From Desulfatiglandales bacterium (GTDB lineage: Bacteria; Desulfobacterota; DSM-4660; Desulfatiglandales; Desulfatiglandaceae), in contig OY762721.1 of NCBI GenBank assembly GCA_963666345.1, forward strand, positions 3,968,001 through 4,032,000: DNA of 64,000 nucleotides, in the 5' to 3' direction. A program made the translations under genes and the position numbers. Below the pieces are notes generated by a model. The model was not told the origin of the DNA, did no database searches, and was given only the letters and a program-made list of their open reading frames with translations. The stretch's first letter is position 1, and the number at the start of each line of letters is the position of its first letter. Shown piece by piece: positions 50,961 through 61,292 of the stretch.

Positions 50961-51779
50961 TCAGAGCCGCTGGGATTGGGACGCGAAAACGGCTTGAGCC
51001 TTTTCGAGTGCCTCGGGATCATCGATACCCATTACCTCATTTTCATCCTCTACATTCAGATAGCCGACCGGCAGACCGTCCGCGTTCATATATCCAACCA
51101 TATCGGTGATAAAAAACTCCTCAAACTCCCTGATTTCTCCCTTTATCTGCTTGCGCACCAGGTGCGGATGCGATTCAAGTATGTCAAGATACCTCAGCAG
51201 CAGATCTTTTCTGGCCGCGTAAATCCCGGAGTTACAGACTCTCAGTGATTCAATGCGTTCATCTGAGAATTCCTTCCAGTATTTCCACTCTATGATTTTC
51301 CGAACCTTTGCCTCTTCGATTTCAAGAACTCCATACTGCTTTTTCGACTCAGGCCTGAATCCGAGGACAACGATGCTGTTTTTTTCGAGCTTCTCAAGCA
51401 GGGCATCAAAACTGGATCTTTTTACAAAGGGAACGTCTCCCATCGTTATGATGATTCTTTCACATGTCTGTTCACGGATAAATTGACGAGCCGCCAGAAG
51501 AGCCCCTCCTGTCCCGTTTAAAACAGGCTGCTCACAGTAGTAGACGTGAAGGCCTTTAGTGGCCTCGATAATGTCCTTTTTTCCATGGTTGATCACGACC
51601 GCCCTGGGGCCGGGCGGAAGGTTGGCGAGGATATTAACGATTATGGCATGTCTTCCCTTATAGGGCGATTGAACCGGCACAAGGGGCAGCAGGGACTTGT
51701 TGCCTTTGTACCCTTTCATCCTGCTTCCCCTTCCGGCGGCAAGGATAAGCGATACGGACTCTTTTCTTTTACTGTTCAT
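50961..51779 (-). CDS. NTP-transferase (GlmU N-terminal-like, no acetyltransferase domain)
   Basis: ILAAGRGSRM, GTGGA, GDVP, NSGIY. Confidence 0.82.
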   Translation of the reverse strand: MNSKRKESVSLILAAGRGSRMKGYKGNKSLLPLVPVQSPYKGRHAIIVNILANLPPGPRAVVINHGKKDIIEATKGLHVYYCEQPVLNGTGGALLAARQFIREQTCERIIITMGDVPFVKRSSFDALLEKLEKNSIVVLGFRPESKKQYGVLEIEEAKVRKIIEWKYWKEFSDERIESLRVCNSGIYAARKDLLLRYLDILESHPHLVRKQIKGEIREFEEFFITDMVGYMNADGLPVGYLNVEDENEVMGIDDPEALEKAQAVFASQSQRL

Positions 51780-51908
51780 GCATTTGGATCTCTTTTGGAT
51801 TGGATTTTTAAATGGCCTTTATATAAACAGAACAGAACACAGGAGGCAAGGCAAAACCGTCGCAGCAATCGGTGTTGCCTTTCCTTGCCGATTCGGATAA
51901 TATTTTGT

Positions 51909-52240
51909 GGTTCTTCTCCAACTTAGTTGGCGAAGAGGGTCCAAGGGTTCCAGGAGTCAAGGGGTCAAGGGTTTGTTTTCTAAAGACTTTATCCGCATTT
52001 TTAACAATTTATTGATCTCTGTGTACCTTATGTTATTTGAGAATTTTTCATTTATTCTATACCTGAAAAGAGTTAGCAGGATTTATGCAACAGCTTTAAA
52101 TCTTTGTAATGCTTTAGGGGTTTTATCCACCGTTTCAATGGAGCACTCGAAGCCTTGAACCCTCAGAGCTCTCAGGCGCTTAAATAAGAAGGCTTTCTTT
52201 ATTTAGCCCTGTTTAACGCCAACTAATCGGGAGATGATCC
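51909..52240 (-). mobile_element. MITE (332 bp, short subfamily) with exact 8-bp TSD
   Basis: GGTTCTTCTCC...GGAGATGATCC flanked by TATTTTGT at 51901-51908 and 52241-52248. Confidence 0.9.
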
Positions 52241-52298
52241 TATTTTGTGGATCAACAGGGTCCGATGGGCCGGGCAGATTTCCGGGGCAGGAAAGAGC

Positions 52299-52625
52299 AT
52301 GAAAGATACGATTGATTTTATAAGATCCTACTATGAATTCAAGGGATCCGTTGACTTTTCCAAGAGCGGCATTCTCCCTGATCTGGAAAATATAGTATGG
52401 TGCATGCTGATGGGCATGCCGGAGGTGCCTGCCGATGAACGAACCTCCGGTGACGCGACTGTGGAGGCAATAGACCAGAGGGTGGCCATTCTCAAGGCAG
52501 TGTTTGTGGAGGTAAACGGAGATGAGGCGGATGAATTCCTGGATCAGGGTATGCTGACTTATGATGAGGCAGCCAGGATTGCCAAGAAGATGCTTGAGGA
52601 AAACGGGGAAACATCTTTACCGTAA
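52299..52625 (+). CDS. Hypothetical protein
   Basis: ATG 52299 after AGGAAAG; coding-like composition. Confidence 0.65.
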   Translation: MKDTIDFIRSYYEFKGSVDFSKSGILPDLENIVWCMLMGMPEVPADERTSGDATVEAIDQRVAILKAVFVEVNGDEADEFLDQGMLTYDEAARIAKKMLEENGETSLP

Positions 52626-52647
52626 CAGTAATGATCCGCCTTTGCGA

Positions 52648-53805
52648 TCAAAGAGTTGAGGCTATCACCACCTTTTGTATCTGGCTCGTTCCTTCGTATA
52701 TCTGCGTTATCTTCGCATCCCTCATCATCCTTTCAAGCGGGTATTCCCTGACGTAACCGTACCCTCCCAGCATCTGAACCGCATCGGTTGTGACCTTCAT
52801 GGCGGTTTCGGCTGCGTGTAACTTTGCCATAGCCGAGTAGCGTATCGCCTCTTTCGGAAGTCTTTCCATGTCCTTGGGAAACCGCTCAAAGAGTGAAGCG
52901 GCCTTGTATGTGAGCTGTCTTGAGGCCTCTATGCTTGTCGCCATATCCGACATCATCCATTGAAGACCTTGAAAAGAGAAGAGCGGTTTTCCGAACTGGA
53001 CCCTTTCCTTTGTGTAGGCGACCGCGTAATCCATGGCCCCCTGTGCTATGCCAACCGCCTGAGCCGCGACAGGAATGCGTGTTATATCGAGAGTCTTCAT
53101 TATTATCGGAAAACCGGATCCCTCAGCGCCTATAATGTTTTCCACCGGGACCCTGACATTATCCATTATTATCTCGACCGTTGACGAGCTTCTTAAACCG
53201 AGTTTGCTCTCATGTTTTCCAATGCTGAGACCTTTGGCGCCCTTTTCAATCAGGATCAGGCTGGTACCTTTGTGACCGGGTGTATCCTGATTGCTTCTGG
53301 CTGCTATGCAAAGCAGATCCGCCACATCACCATGCGATATAAATATCTTGCTGCCGTTTATGATGAAATGATTCCCGTTTTTTACCGCCTTGGTCTTAAG
53401 ACCGGAGACATCCGAGCCTGCGTTCGGTTCGGTAAGACCGAACGCGATGAGTTTTTCGCCCGATGCAAGTGCGGGCAGGTACTTTGATTTCTGTTCCGGG
53501 CTGGCCGCGAGCAGCAGCGGGGTGGAACCCAGTTCATGAACAAGCAGTATTACGGCGGTTGAGGCGCATACCTTGGCCAACTCCTCTATGGCAATACATA
53601 GAGAGAGAAGGCCCATCTGCGAGCCGCCGTATTGTTCGGGAAAGTCAGCCCCAAACAGGGCGTTTTGCCTTAGTAACTCTACCATATCCCATGAAAATTT
53701 CGCCTCCTCGTCCCTTTCGGCCGCACCGGGCTTCACCTGTTCCCTTGCCATGCGGGCAACCGTACTTTTAAGCATAATCTGTTCTTCCGTGAGGTCGTAT
53801 TGCAT
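52648..53805 (-). CDS. Acyl-CoA dehydrogenase
   Basis: FGLTEPNAGSD, NGSKIFIS, RVQFGKP, GGYGY..EYP.ER.MRDAKITQIYEGT. Confidence 0.95.
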   Translation of the reverse strand: MQYDLTEEQIMLKSTVARMAREQVKPGAAERDEEAKFSWDMVELLRQNALFGADFPEQYGGSQMGLLSLCIAIEELAKVCASTAVILLVHELGSTPLLLAASPEQKSKYLPALASGEKLIAFGLTEPNAGSDVSGLKTKAVKNGNHFIINGSKIFISHGDVADLLCIAARSNQDTPGHKGTSLILIEKGAKGLSIGKHESKLGLRSSSTVEIIMDNVRVPVENIIGAEGSGFPIIMKTLDITRIPVAAQAVGIAQGAMDYAVAYTKERVQFGKPLFSFQGLQWMMSDMATSIEASRQLTYKAASLFERFPKDMERLPKEAIRYSAMAKLHAAETAMKVTTDAVQMLGGYGYVREYPLERMMRDAKITQIYEGTSQIQKVVIASTL

Positions 53806-53896
53806 TTGATATCCCTTTCAATATAGTTGGTATTCAATCGGAACCGCATCGCGGCCTGACCCGGATACCGTCTACCGAGATTCGAAGCGGTCAACC

Positions 53897-54032
53897 TTGA
53901 CGGCTTAGTAACAAAGACCGATTGTGTCGCCTTAGGGGGAATTTTTTTACCATGCCGTCTGAATCCTGCCTTCAGCACCGCATCAGGCCGGCGGGAATTG
54001 GGGTGAAGGCGAGCAACGGGTGAAACCGTCAT
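53897..54032. repeat. Degenerate IR-bounded repeat related to 44680-44821
   Basis: TTGACGGCTT ... AAACCGTCAT. Confidence 0.4.
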
Positions 54033-54161
54033 GATGATAGCTAGTGAAATATATATCACGATTTTTACGCATGGAAGGTTTTTTTTCAGCTTTTATATTG
54101 ACCCCCCCGGCGCAAGCTGGTAAATAAAAAAACAGAGCCTGCAAAGACTATGCGGTTTGAT

Positions 54162-55607
54162 TTATCCTTTGATGACTCCAAGGGGCCTCATGCGGGCTAC
54201 CCTATTGGCTAGACCGGCTCCATGGACCACTTCCACCACTTGGGATATGTCTTTATATGCCTCCGGCATTTCCTCCATGAGGGTCTTTTTGCCCCGAGAT
54301 AGAACGTGAATACCTTTGTTCTCTAACTCGTTGCGTATTGATCGGCCGTGGGCCGTCTTTTTTGCCTGAGACCGACTCAGCACCCGGCCTGCGCCGTGAC
54401 AGCAGGAGCCGAAGGTCTGTTTTAACGCATTTTCCGCACCGGCCATCACGTAGGAGAAAGTTCCCATATCACCCGGGATAAGTACGGGTTGTCCGGAACC
54501 CTGGAAGATTGCGGGAAGCAGAGCGTGCCCTGGGGGAAGTGAGCGTGTCGCGCCTTTTCTGTGTACGCACAGACCGATCCGTTTGCCCCTGATATCATGG
54601 TATTCTTTTTTTGCGATATTGTGGCAGACGTCATAGAGCAGGTTCATGCCGAGTTCAACCGGAGTCAAGGAAAGAGACCTAAGCAGGGTTTCCTTTGCCC
54701 AGTGCATGAGAATCTGCCTGTTGGCCCAGGCATAATTTGCAGCGCAGGCCATGGCGGAGAGATAACGCCTCCCAAGGTCCGAATTAATCGAGGCGAACGC
54801 AAGCTGCCTGTCAGGCAGATCAAAAGGCCTCTTCTGTTTATGAAAGACACTGCTCATTTCCTTTAAAAAGTCGTCACAGATTTGATGCCCGAAGCCCCTT
54901 GAACCTGTGTGGATTAATATGGTTACCTGACCTTTGAACAGATTGTATGATCGGGCGGTTACCTCGTCGTAAATGGCATCCACCACCTGGATTTCCAGAA
55001 AGTGGTTCCCGGAACCGAGCGTTCCGAGTTGCCGGACGCCTCTTTCAAGCGCCCTTTTGCTTAGAACAGACGGGTCAGCGCCCTGCATCGTTCCATGATC
55101 TTCTGTCCTATCGAGGTCTTCCTCGGTGCCAAGGCCGTTTTTGATCGCCCATGCAGCGCCCTGTACTGCCACATTTTTCAGGTCTTTTCCGGAAAGGCGA
55201 ATTTCTCCGGTTGAACCGACTCCGGAAGGTATGCTTTCGAATAGAGAAGATACAAGTTTTTTTGTGTGAGAGGCTATCCGGTCGGCCGAAAGCCTGGTAG
55301 TCATTAGGCGGCAACCGCAGTTTATATCGTATCCGACTCCACCCGGAGAAATAATGCCTTCATCCATGTCGAAGGCTGCCACACCACCAATGGGGAAGCC
55401 ATAGCCCCAGTGAACATCAGGCATGGCAAGCGAATGCCCGACGATACCGGGCAGCATCGCCACGTTGGCTACCTGATGCAGACTCTGGTCATCCCTAAGG
55501 GACCTGATCAGACGGCTATTTGAGAAGACAAGACCCGGTACCCTCATGGGACCTTTTTTCTTTATTATCCAGCGGTGCTTGTCCTGTTGTTCTAATTCTA
55601 TTTGCAT
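54162..55607 (-). CDS. rtcB: RNA ligase RtcB
   Basis: MPDVHWGYGFPIGG, GYDINCG, GSGNHFLE, HRKGAT, HGAGR, EEMPEAYKD. Confidence 0.96.
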   Translation of the reverse strand: MQIELEQQDKHRWIIKKKGPMRVPGLVFSNSRLIRSLRDDQSLHQVANVAMLPGIVGHSLAMPDVHWGYGFPIGGVAAFDMDEGIISPGGVGYDINCGCRLMTTRLSADRIASHTKKLVSSLFESIPSGVGSTGEIRLSGKDLKNVAVQGAAWAIKNGLGTEEDLDRTEDHGTMQGADPSVLSKRALERGVRQLGTLGSGNHFLEIQVVDAIYDEVTARSYNLFKGQVTILIHTGSRGFGHQICDDFLKEMSSVFHKQKRPFDLPDRQLAFASINSDLGRRYLSAMACAANYAWANRQILMHWAKETLLRSLSLTPVELGMNLLYDVCHNIAKKEYHDIRGKRIGLCVHRKGATRSLPPGHALLPAIFQGSGQPVLIPGDMGTFSYVMAGAENALKQTFGSCCHGAGRVLSRSQAKKTAHGRSIRNELENKGIHVLSRGKKTLMEEMPEAYKDISQVVEVVHGAGLANRVARMRPLGVIKG

Positions 55608-55658
55608 GAGGATGTTTTCTGGTCAGCTATACGGGGAAAATTACAGGGAAGGCCCTTC

Positions 55659-56084
55659 CTAGAGGTCGAAGATTACCCTGGCCTCCCAGTGGCTTTCCAT
55701 TTCAAAGACAGAGATCTGGTGATAGGTAACGGCCTTTATTTCGTAAATAATCTCATCCAGCCTGGAATCATATCGCCTTGTATCCAGTTTTGCCTCAAGC
55801 CTTGTGTCTGAGATTAGTACTATCTGGAGGCCTGTTAATATTTCCCTTTTAACTTCAAAAACATAGAGAATTTCACCGAGCCATCTAACCATAAGATCGG
55901 GCAGGTCTTCGCCCGATATTGATATGTTCCGGCTTCCAGTGGCTTTGCTTTTTGTGACCTTTAACATAAGCTTTGTAAATGCAAGAGCTGCATCGCCAAA
56001 AAGATTTTTGAGATCTTTGCCTCTTACTTCGATGCCCAGGTCGGCCGTATGTTCAAGGACATTGAAATCAGGTTTGGAATCCAT
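55659..56084 (-). CDS. Archease
   Basis: LEHTADLG, IKAVTYH, C-terminal IFDL. Confidence 0.93.
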   Translation of the reverse strand: MDSKPDFNVLEHTADLGIEVRGKDLKNLFGDAALAFTKLMLKVTKSKATGSRNISISGEDLPDLMVRWLGEILYVFEVKREILTGLQIVLISDTRLEAKLDTRRYDSRLDEIIYEIKAVTYHQISVFEMESHWEARVIFDL

Positions 56085-56153
56085 GAAAAAATCATATCTG
56101 CTAGAGCTCAAATTGTCAAAATTTGGTTTTATAAGTAGGGAGGAAAGAAAAAG

Positions 56154-56432
56154 ATGAAATGCGCCTTTTGTGGTGTAAATATTCCTATATCCGGGAAAAT
56201 AAGCAGAAACGATACCTGCCCGAACTGCAGAAAGACATTGAGGTGTTGCAAGCAGTGCAACTTCTATGACCCTAACGCCTATAATGAGTGCAGGGAGGTC
56301 TTGGCCGAAAGGGTCGTGGATAATGAGAGACCCAACTTTTGCGATTATTTCGTCCCCAAGGGTACTCCCCGGGGCAGGATAAACAGGGTGCAGGATGCAA
56401 AAAACGCCCTTGAAGCCCTTTTCAAAAAATAA
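56154..56432 (+). CDS. Cys-rich putative Zn-binding small protein
   Basis: CAFC, CPNC, CCKQC, CRE, NFCDYF. Confidence 0.75.
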   Translation: MKCAFCGVNIPISGKISRNDTCPNCRKTLRCCKQCNFYDPNAYNECREVLAERVVDNERPNFCDYFVPKGTPRGRINRVQDAKNALEALFKK

Positions 56433-56554
56433 AGGGATCTTGAGAATTGAGTTAAAGCAGCCGTTCGGCAGGTTGGCCCGATTGCCGAATGGTGGAATAG
56501 CAAATAGGATCAGTCGGTTCAGGGGTTAAAGAAAAAAAGGATACAAGGATGTGA

Positions 56555-57781
56555 TCAGCGGGGTAAACCCAGGACCGATTTTTTGATACAATGAACCAGG
56601 GAATCTATGCCACGGTCTTGTCCGGCAAGAAATATGAAAAAGGGGCAGAGTCTGTTTCCAGGCCCTTGAATATATCCCGCCCTTGTCCTTATTCCGGTTA
56701 GACTGCCTGTCTTGTAAAATATCTCACCCCTTTTCCTCATTAGATGCCGATAAGGGGAAAATGCGTTGAGGACGGTCAGCATATCAACGGGTGCCAGCCT
56801 GTTTTGTTTAGAAATACCGCTACCTTCTACTATTTCTATATTATAGAGCTTTAACTTGTCTTTGGCATATTCCAGGACTACTTTTATCCCTTTATCAAGT
56901 GTGCCCGGCGGGCCCAGGACATGTGCGCCGAGTGCTATTAGTATCTGATTCGCCATGAAGTTGTTTGAGTACCTCAGCATCTTCTGAACCGCGTCCTCCA
57001 GGGTGAACATGGAGCGATAGGTGTAGACAAGTCCGCCTTTGAGACCTGAGGAATTATGTATGATTTCGCCTTTGAAAAACACCCCCTTTTCCTTAAGGAA
57101 GTAGGCAAGTAGTTCCCCTGCGTATCTGGCGCCATCCCTTTTCTTGTGGGAAAATGTGTAACGACCCCGCTTGAGCCCGAGGCCCCGTATCTTTTTCAGT
57201 GAAAAGGGGAGGATAGGTGTTGATTTTTCAGCGGAAATTATTCCGCCGGACTCATCGCGATCAAAGAATATGGTATTGAAGTTGGCGCAGAGCGCTCCCA
57301 CCGGTGCGTCATAAGGATTGGTTGAGCTTCCTACCCCCGGGATATCTCCGGTAATGGAAAAATAACTGTCATCTAGAACCAGATCCTTAAATCCCTTGAT
57401 TCTTTCTGAAAGGCGGTCGGCAATTCTTATCCAGGCCTCTGAAATGAGAAGCGGGTCGCCGAATGCCTTTACTGAAAGATTCGAGTCTTTATCCAGAAAG
57501 AACTCGGTCTTGAATCTGTATGAGGGACCCATCAGTTCAAGCGCTGCAAGACCGGTAAGGATCTTAAGGGTTGACGCGGGAATACACTTGCTTTTCTCAT
57601 TTTTTTTATAAAAGACCTCTCCTGCCGGTCCTGCGACTATAAAGGCGTCTTCAGCTCTGAAACGGTCTGCACAGGAAAGACCGGCCCGTGCTTCCGCACA
57701 CCTTGCCGAACAATCAAGGGTTGTAATGCCGATAATCAGAAAAACCAGAAATTTCAGGGAATCTCGCCTTTTGCGCGACAA
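56555..57781 (-). CDS. dacB: D-Ala-D-Ala carboxypeptidase/endopeptidase (PBP4); start uncertain
   Basis: PASTLK (SxxK), SNN, KTG. Confidence 0.85.
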   Translation of the reverse strand: MSRKRRDSLKFLVFLIIGITTLDCSARCAEARAGLSCADRFRAEDAFIVAGPAGEVFYKKNEKSKCIPASTLKILTGLAALELMGPSYRFKTEFFLDKDSNLSVKAFGDPLLISEAWIRIADRLSERIKGFKDLVLDDSYFSITGDIPGVGSSTNPYDAPVGALCANFNTIFFDRDESGGIISAEKSTPILPFSLKKIRGLGLKRGRYTFSHKKRDGARYAGELLAYFLKEKGVFFKGEIIHNSSGLKGGLVYTYRSMFTLEDAVQKMLRYSNNFMANQILIALGAHVLGPPGTLDKGIKVVLEYAKDKLKLYNIEIVEGSGISKQNRLAPVDMLTVLNAFSPYRHLMRKRGEIFYKTGSLTGIRTRAGYIQGPGNRLCPFFIFLAGQDRGIDSLVHCIKKSVLGLPR

Positions 57782-58046
57782 AAGAGCGGCTGTCCATTTT
57801 TTTATGCCGCCTGAAGCAGGGGCGGACCGGAACGCGCCATGAAATTTACGCCCGGTCAAGGTGAGCTCATGATTTCTGTCTGCACGCCGGCGCATGCAGG
57901 ATGTCATATTAGTGATGCTGAGGCACGACCTGTGAGGCCCGCACATACCCCGCATGGGGGAACGAACCGGCATACGACCGGCAATGAAATCTTGACGGCG
58001 AATCAGGGGCATGCCCGGTTGACTTTCAGCGTATTGCCTGATACCC

Positions 58047-58316
58047 CTATTCGCTGAATTCCGGGATATCTTCGGGGAGAGGATTTTGAAGGTAATCATG
58101 TAAAATGTCTATCTTATCCTGAGGTGATTTTCTTTTATCTATGAAAAGATGGTATTCTCCCTTGATCTTACAGATTCCACCCTTGAGTTTCAGCCCTGCA
58201 GCCTCAAGGAGATCGTAATGGACAAAAATACCCTTTTGGGATGCCGTTTCTTCAAGATCTGTAAGTTTTTCCCGCAGTTCGGGAGGGCAGGTTTTCTTCG
58301 TTTTTTTCTTTTTCAT
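58047..58316 (-). CDS. Hypothetical protein
   Basis: 89-aa ORF with KGGICKIKG; AGAGAG before ATG. Confidence 0.65.
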   Translation of the reverse strand: MKKKKTKKTCPPELREKLTDLEETASQKGIFVHYDLLEAAGLKLKGGICKIKGEYHLFIDKRKSPQDKIDILHDYLQNPLPEDIPEFSE

Positions 58317-58492
58317 CTCTCTGCTTTTGTTAATGTATGTTTTCAGGCCCTTATAACACGAATCACAGGCATTTTCAAATGTCTAAAAGGGAATTATTAT
58401 CAAGATCTTTCAGCCGGTTACATTATGTGGGTTCGGATCAGCCGTGCAAACCGTTTAGACCGTGGGTAAAGGTAAACGAAAAGGAGAAAAAG

Positions 58493-59395
58493 GTGAGTGA
58501 TAAAAAAATCCTATCCGTTTCAGATGTAGTCAATGGACTTGAAAGCGAAGGATATATGGCTGAGCGTGCCCTGGCTTCTGTTATTTTTCTGTCTCATCGC
58601 CTGGGAAAGCCTGTTTTTCTGGAAGGAGAGCCGGGTGTTGGAAAGACGGAACTGGCCCTGGTGCTTTCCAGGCTTTTTAATACCGAACTCATCCGGCTTC
58701 AGTGTTATGAGGGCCTTGATGTGGCAAGCTCCCTTTATGAATGGAACTACCCTAAGCAGCTTTTGTTTATAAGGATGGCCGAAAGGGATGGCAGTATCAA
58801 TAATGATATCAAGGACACCATTTACGGGCCTGAGTTCCTGATAAGGCGACCGCTTCTGGAGGCGATAGAGAAATCAGAGGGCAGTGCCCCTGTGTTGCTC
58901 ATCGATGAGATCGATCGGGCGGACGAGGAATTCGAGGCGTTTCTTCTCGAGGTGCTGGCCGACTTTCAGATCACCATACCGGAGATCGGGACGATAAAGG
59001 CCAAAAAACGACCGATGGTGGTGGTAACCTCAAATCGTACGAGAGACGTGCATGACGCCCTGAAACGGCGTTGTCTGTACCACTGGATCGATTATCCTTC
59101 CTTTGATAAGGAGTACAGGATCGTGATGACTCATCTGCCGGGGCTGGAATCAGGCTTTGCCGAACAGATTACCCGATTTATGCAGGGAATTCGTGAGCTG
59201 AATTTCCTTAAAAGCCCTGGAGTTTCGGAGACCCTCGACTGGGCGAGGGCCTTAATGGAAATGCAGAAATACAGACTGGATGAGGAGGCGGTCCTTGAGA
59301 CGCTTGGCTGTATTTTAAAGTATCAGGACGATATTAGGATGTTCAGGGAAGAGGTGTGGGCCGATTATGAAAAAAGGGTTTCCTGGCTGCAGTAA
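58493..59395 (+). CDS. MoxR/CoxD-like AAA+ ATPase
   Basis: GEPGVGKTE, RLQCYEG, LIDEIDRADEEFEA; GTG 58493 after AAGGAG. Confidence 0.92.
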   Translation: MSDKKILSVSDVVNGLESEGYMAERALASVIFLSHRLGKPVFLEGEPGVGKTELALVLSRLFNTELIRLQCYEGLDVASSLYEWNYPKQLLFIRMAERDGSINNDIKDTIYGPEFLIRRPLLEAIEKSEGSAPVLLIDEIDRADEEFEAFLLEVLADFQITIPEIGTIKAKKRPMVVVTSNRTRDVHDALKRRCLYHWIDYPSFDKEYRIVMTHLPGLESGFAEQITRFMQGIRELNFLKSPGVSETLDWARALMEMQKYRLDEEAVLETLGCILKYQDDIRMFREEVWADYEKRVSWLQ

Positions 59396-60593
59396 GGTCG
59401 AAAAAACAGGTGCCGGGTATAATAAAAGCCCAGGGAGAGAAATCTCCCCCGGTTTGGCATCAGAGGTGATTCGGTTCGCACACTGTCTCAAGATCAGAGG
59501 ATTCAAGATCTTTCAGGGCAGCGTGCAGGACTCCTTGAAGGGACTGAGGCTGATAGATCTATCCGAAAGGAACGATTTTTTCGCTGTGCTCAGAGCCAAC
59601 CTGGTTACTAATGATATGGAATGGAGTAAGTTCAGACAGTTTTTTAATGAATTCTGGCGTCATCTTGAAATACCGGATAAAAATAAAACTGAAAAGGAAA
59701 ATCGAGCCGGGGAAGAGCCGCCCCTGATGCCGTGTGAGCAGATCGGACATACGGATCAGGTGGCTCAACGAGGTTCGGAGTGCCGTATGGAGCGGGACAG
59801 GGAATGGCTTGAGGGGACAGCCTACAGCCCGATTTCAGAGGTGGAGAAGAAGGATCTTGCCGACTTTGACAGATCGGATATCCAGTTGGCCCGCCTCGCG
59901 CTGAAAAAGATCTCGGAACCCTTCAGGATACAGATATCACGCCGTTTCAAAAAAGCAAAACAGAGGGGAAGAATAGATCTAAGCAGGACAATGAAAAGTG
60001 CCCTTGGAACCGGGGGAATACCTCTTGAACTTTTTTTCAGGGCAAAAAAGAAACGGCTCAGGAGGCTTATAATAATCGCGGATGTCAGCGGTTCCATGGA
60101 TCGTTATGCAAGGTTCGTCATGCCCTTTCTTCTGGGTTTGAAGGGGGTGGGCTCAAGGGCGGAGGCGTTTGTGTTTTCAACCTCTCTTACGCCTATAACG
60201 CATTTCGTGCAGCACCTTCCCGTCAAGGAGGCCCTCAAAAGGATAAGCTGCGAGGCGTCGGACTGGTCTGGGGGCACGAGGATAGGCTTTTCGCTCCGCC
60301 AGTTTAACCGGGAACATGGGAGAAAGCTTCAGATGAAAAGGTCGGTTGTGGTGATCCTGAGCGACGGATGGGATCTCGGCGGAAGGATAATGCTCAAGAG
60401 AGAAATGGAGCTTCTCAAGAAAAGCGCTAACAGGGTAATATGGCTTAATCCCCTGCTTGGAAATCCTGATTTTCAACCCATGTGTAAGGGCATGCAAACG
60501 GCAATGCCCTTTTGTGACTATCTGATACCTGCCGACAGCCTCGATAGTCTGAAAAGGGCCGGCAGGATATTGGCCGGCGCCATGATCCCTTAG
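59367..60593 (+). CDS. CoxE-like VWA protein
   Basis: DVSGSM MIDAS, WSGGTRIG, ILSDGWD, WLNP. Confidence 0.9.
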   Translation: MKKGFPGCSKVEKTGAGYNKSPGREISPGLASEVIRFAHCLKIRGFKIFQGSVQDSLKGLRLIDLSERNDFFAVLRANLVTNDMEWSKFRQFFNEFWRHLEIPDKNKTEKENRAGEEPPLMPCEQIGHTDQVAQRGSECRMERDREWLEGTAYSPISEVEKKDLADFDRSDIQLARLALKKISEPFRIQISRRFKKAKQRGRIDLSRTMKSALGTGGIPLELFFRAKKKRLRRLIIIADVSGSMDRYARFVMPFLLGLKGVGSRAEAFVFSTSLTPITHFVQHLPVKEALKRISCEASDWSGGTRIGFSLRQFNREHGRKLQMKRSVVVILSDGWDLGGRIMLKREMELLKKSANRVIWLNPLLGNPDFQPMCKGMQTAMPFCDYLIPADSLDSLKRAGRILAGAMIP

Positions 60594-60613
60594 AAATCGT
60601 GGCTCCGATCTTC

Positions 60614-61291
60614 TTAATTACTGCCGCCTTCCTGTCTCAGATCTACCCCGGGAGGAGCTACAAACCTGAAAAATCCCGGATCAAGGGCTTTCTTTTCTTC
60701 CACGCCGCCCAGCTGAAAGTGGGTGATGCCTCCAAGCGAATTATAGATCTTGACCTGTCTGATATCGAAACAGTGCCCTACTGTTATCCTTATATGATCT
60801 ATTTCCTGCCATGGCGGATCGGGCACCAGTCTTATGATATCTTCGTCCTGTTTCGACTGTTCCAGCAGCTCGATCTTGAAATCGGCCCTGTTATCTGAAA
60901 GCCCGGTGAAAATGCTGCTCAACAGTCTGAGCTCTTTTCCGAATTCCTCTACAGGATATCTGTAAGCGATCTTTTCCGAAGGGATATACCACCATAAGGT
61001 ATCACCATCCGTGAAAATGGTCTCTTTACGGGGCTTGTGCTGCTCCAGTTTCAGAAAATAGGGGGGCTTGAGAAAAATCGTGCCTGTTGCAAGATCACCC
61101 CTTGCCTGTTCTCCCAACATCGACATGGTCCTGGTTATTACCTCTCTGGTGTATTTTACGGCAATGCCGTCAAGATGACCATATCTTGCCCTGATGCCCT
61201 CCACGATAGGGTCAACATCCCGGGCCGCACAGGGAGATATATTGAAGCAAAATAATAACAATATCAAGTAACATAATTGTTTTATCGGCAA
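60614..61291 (-). CDS. lolA: LolA-family lipoprotein carrier
   Basis: Signal peptide, DGDTLWWY, FRFVAPPGVD; directly downstream of ftsK. Confidence 0.8.
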   Translation of the reverse strand: MPIKQLCYLILLLFCFNISPCAARDVDPIVEGIRARYGHLDGIAVKYTREVITRTMSMLGEQARGDLATGTIFLKPPYFLKLEQHKPRKETIFTDGDTLWWYIPSEKIAYRYPVEEFGKELRLLSSIFTGLSDNRADFKIELLEQSKQDEDIIRLVPDPPWQEIDHIRITVGHCFDIRQVKIYNSLGGITHFQLGGVEEKKALDPGFFRFVAPPGVDLRQEGGSN

Positions 61292-61292
61292 A

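Noticed and set aside
57782..58099. Long N-terminal extension of DacB
   Set aside because: It overlaps the upstream gene, looks non-coding and precedes the signal-like hydrophobic stretch.
58493..60593. CO dehydrogenase (cox) cluster
   Set aside because: Only the CoxD/CoxE-like chaperone pair is present, with no coxLMS genes.
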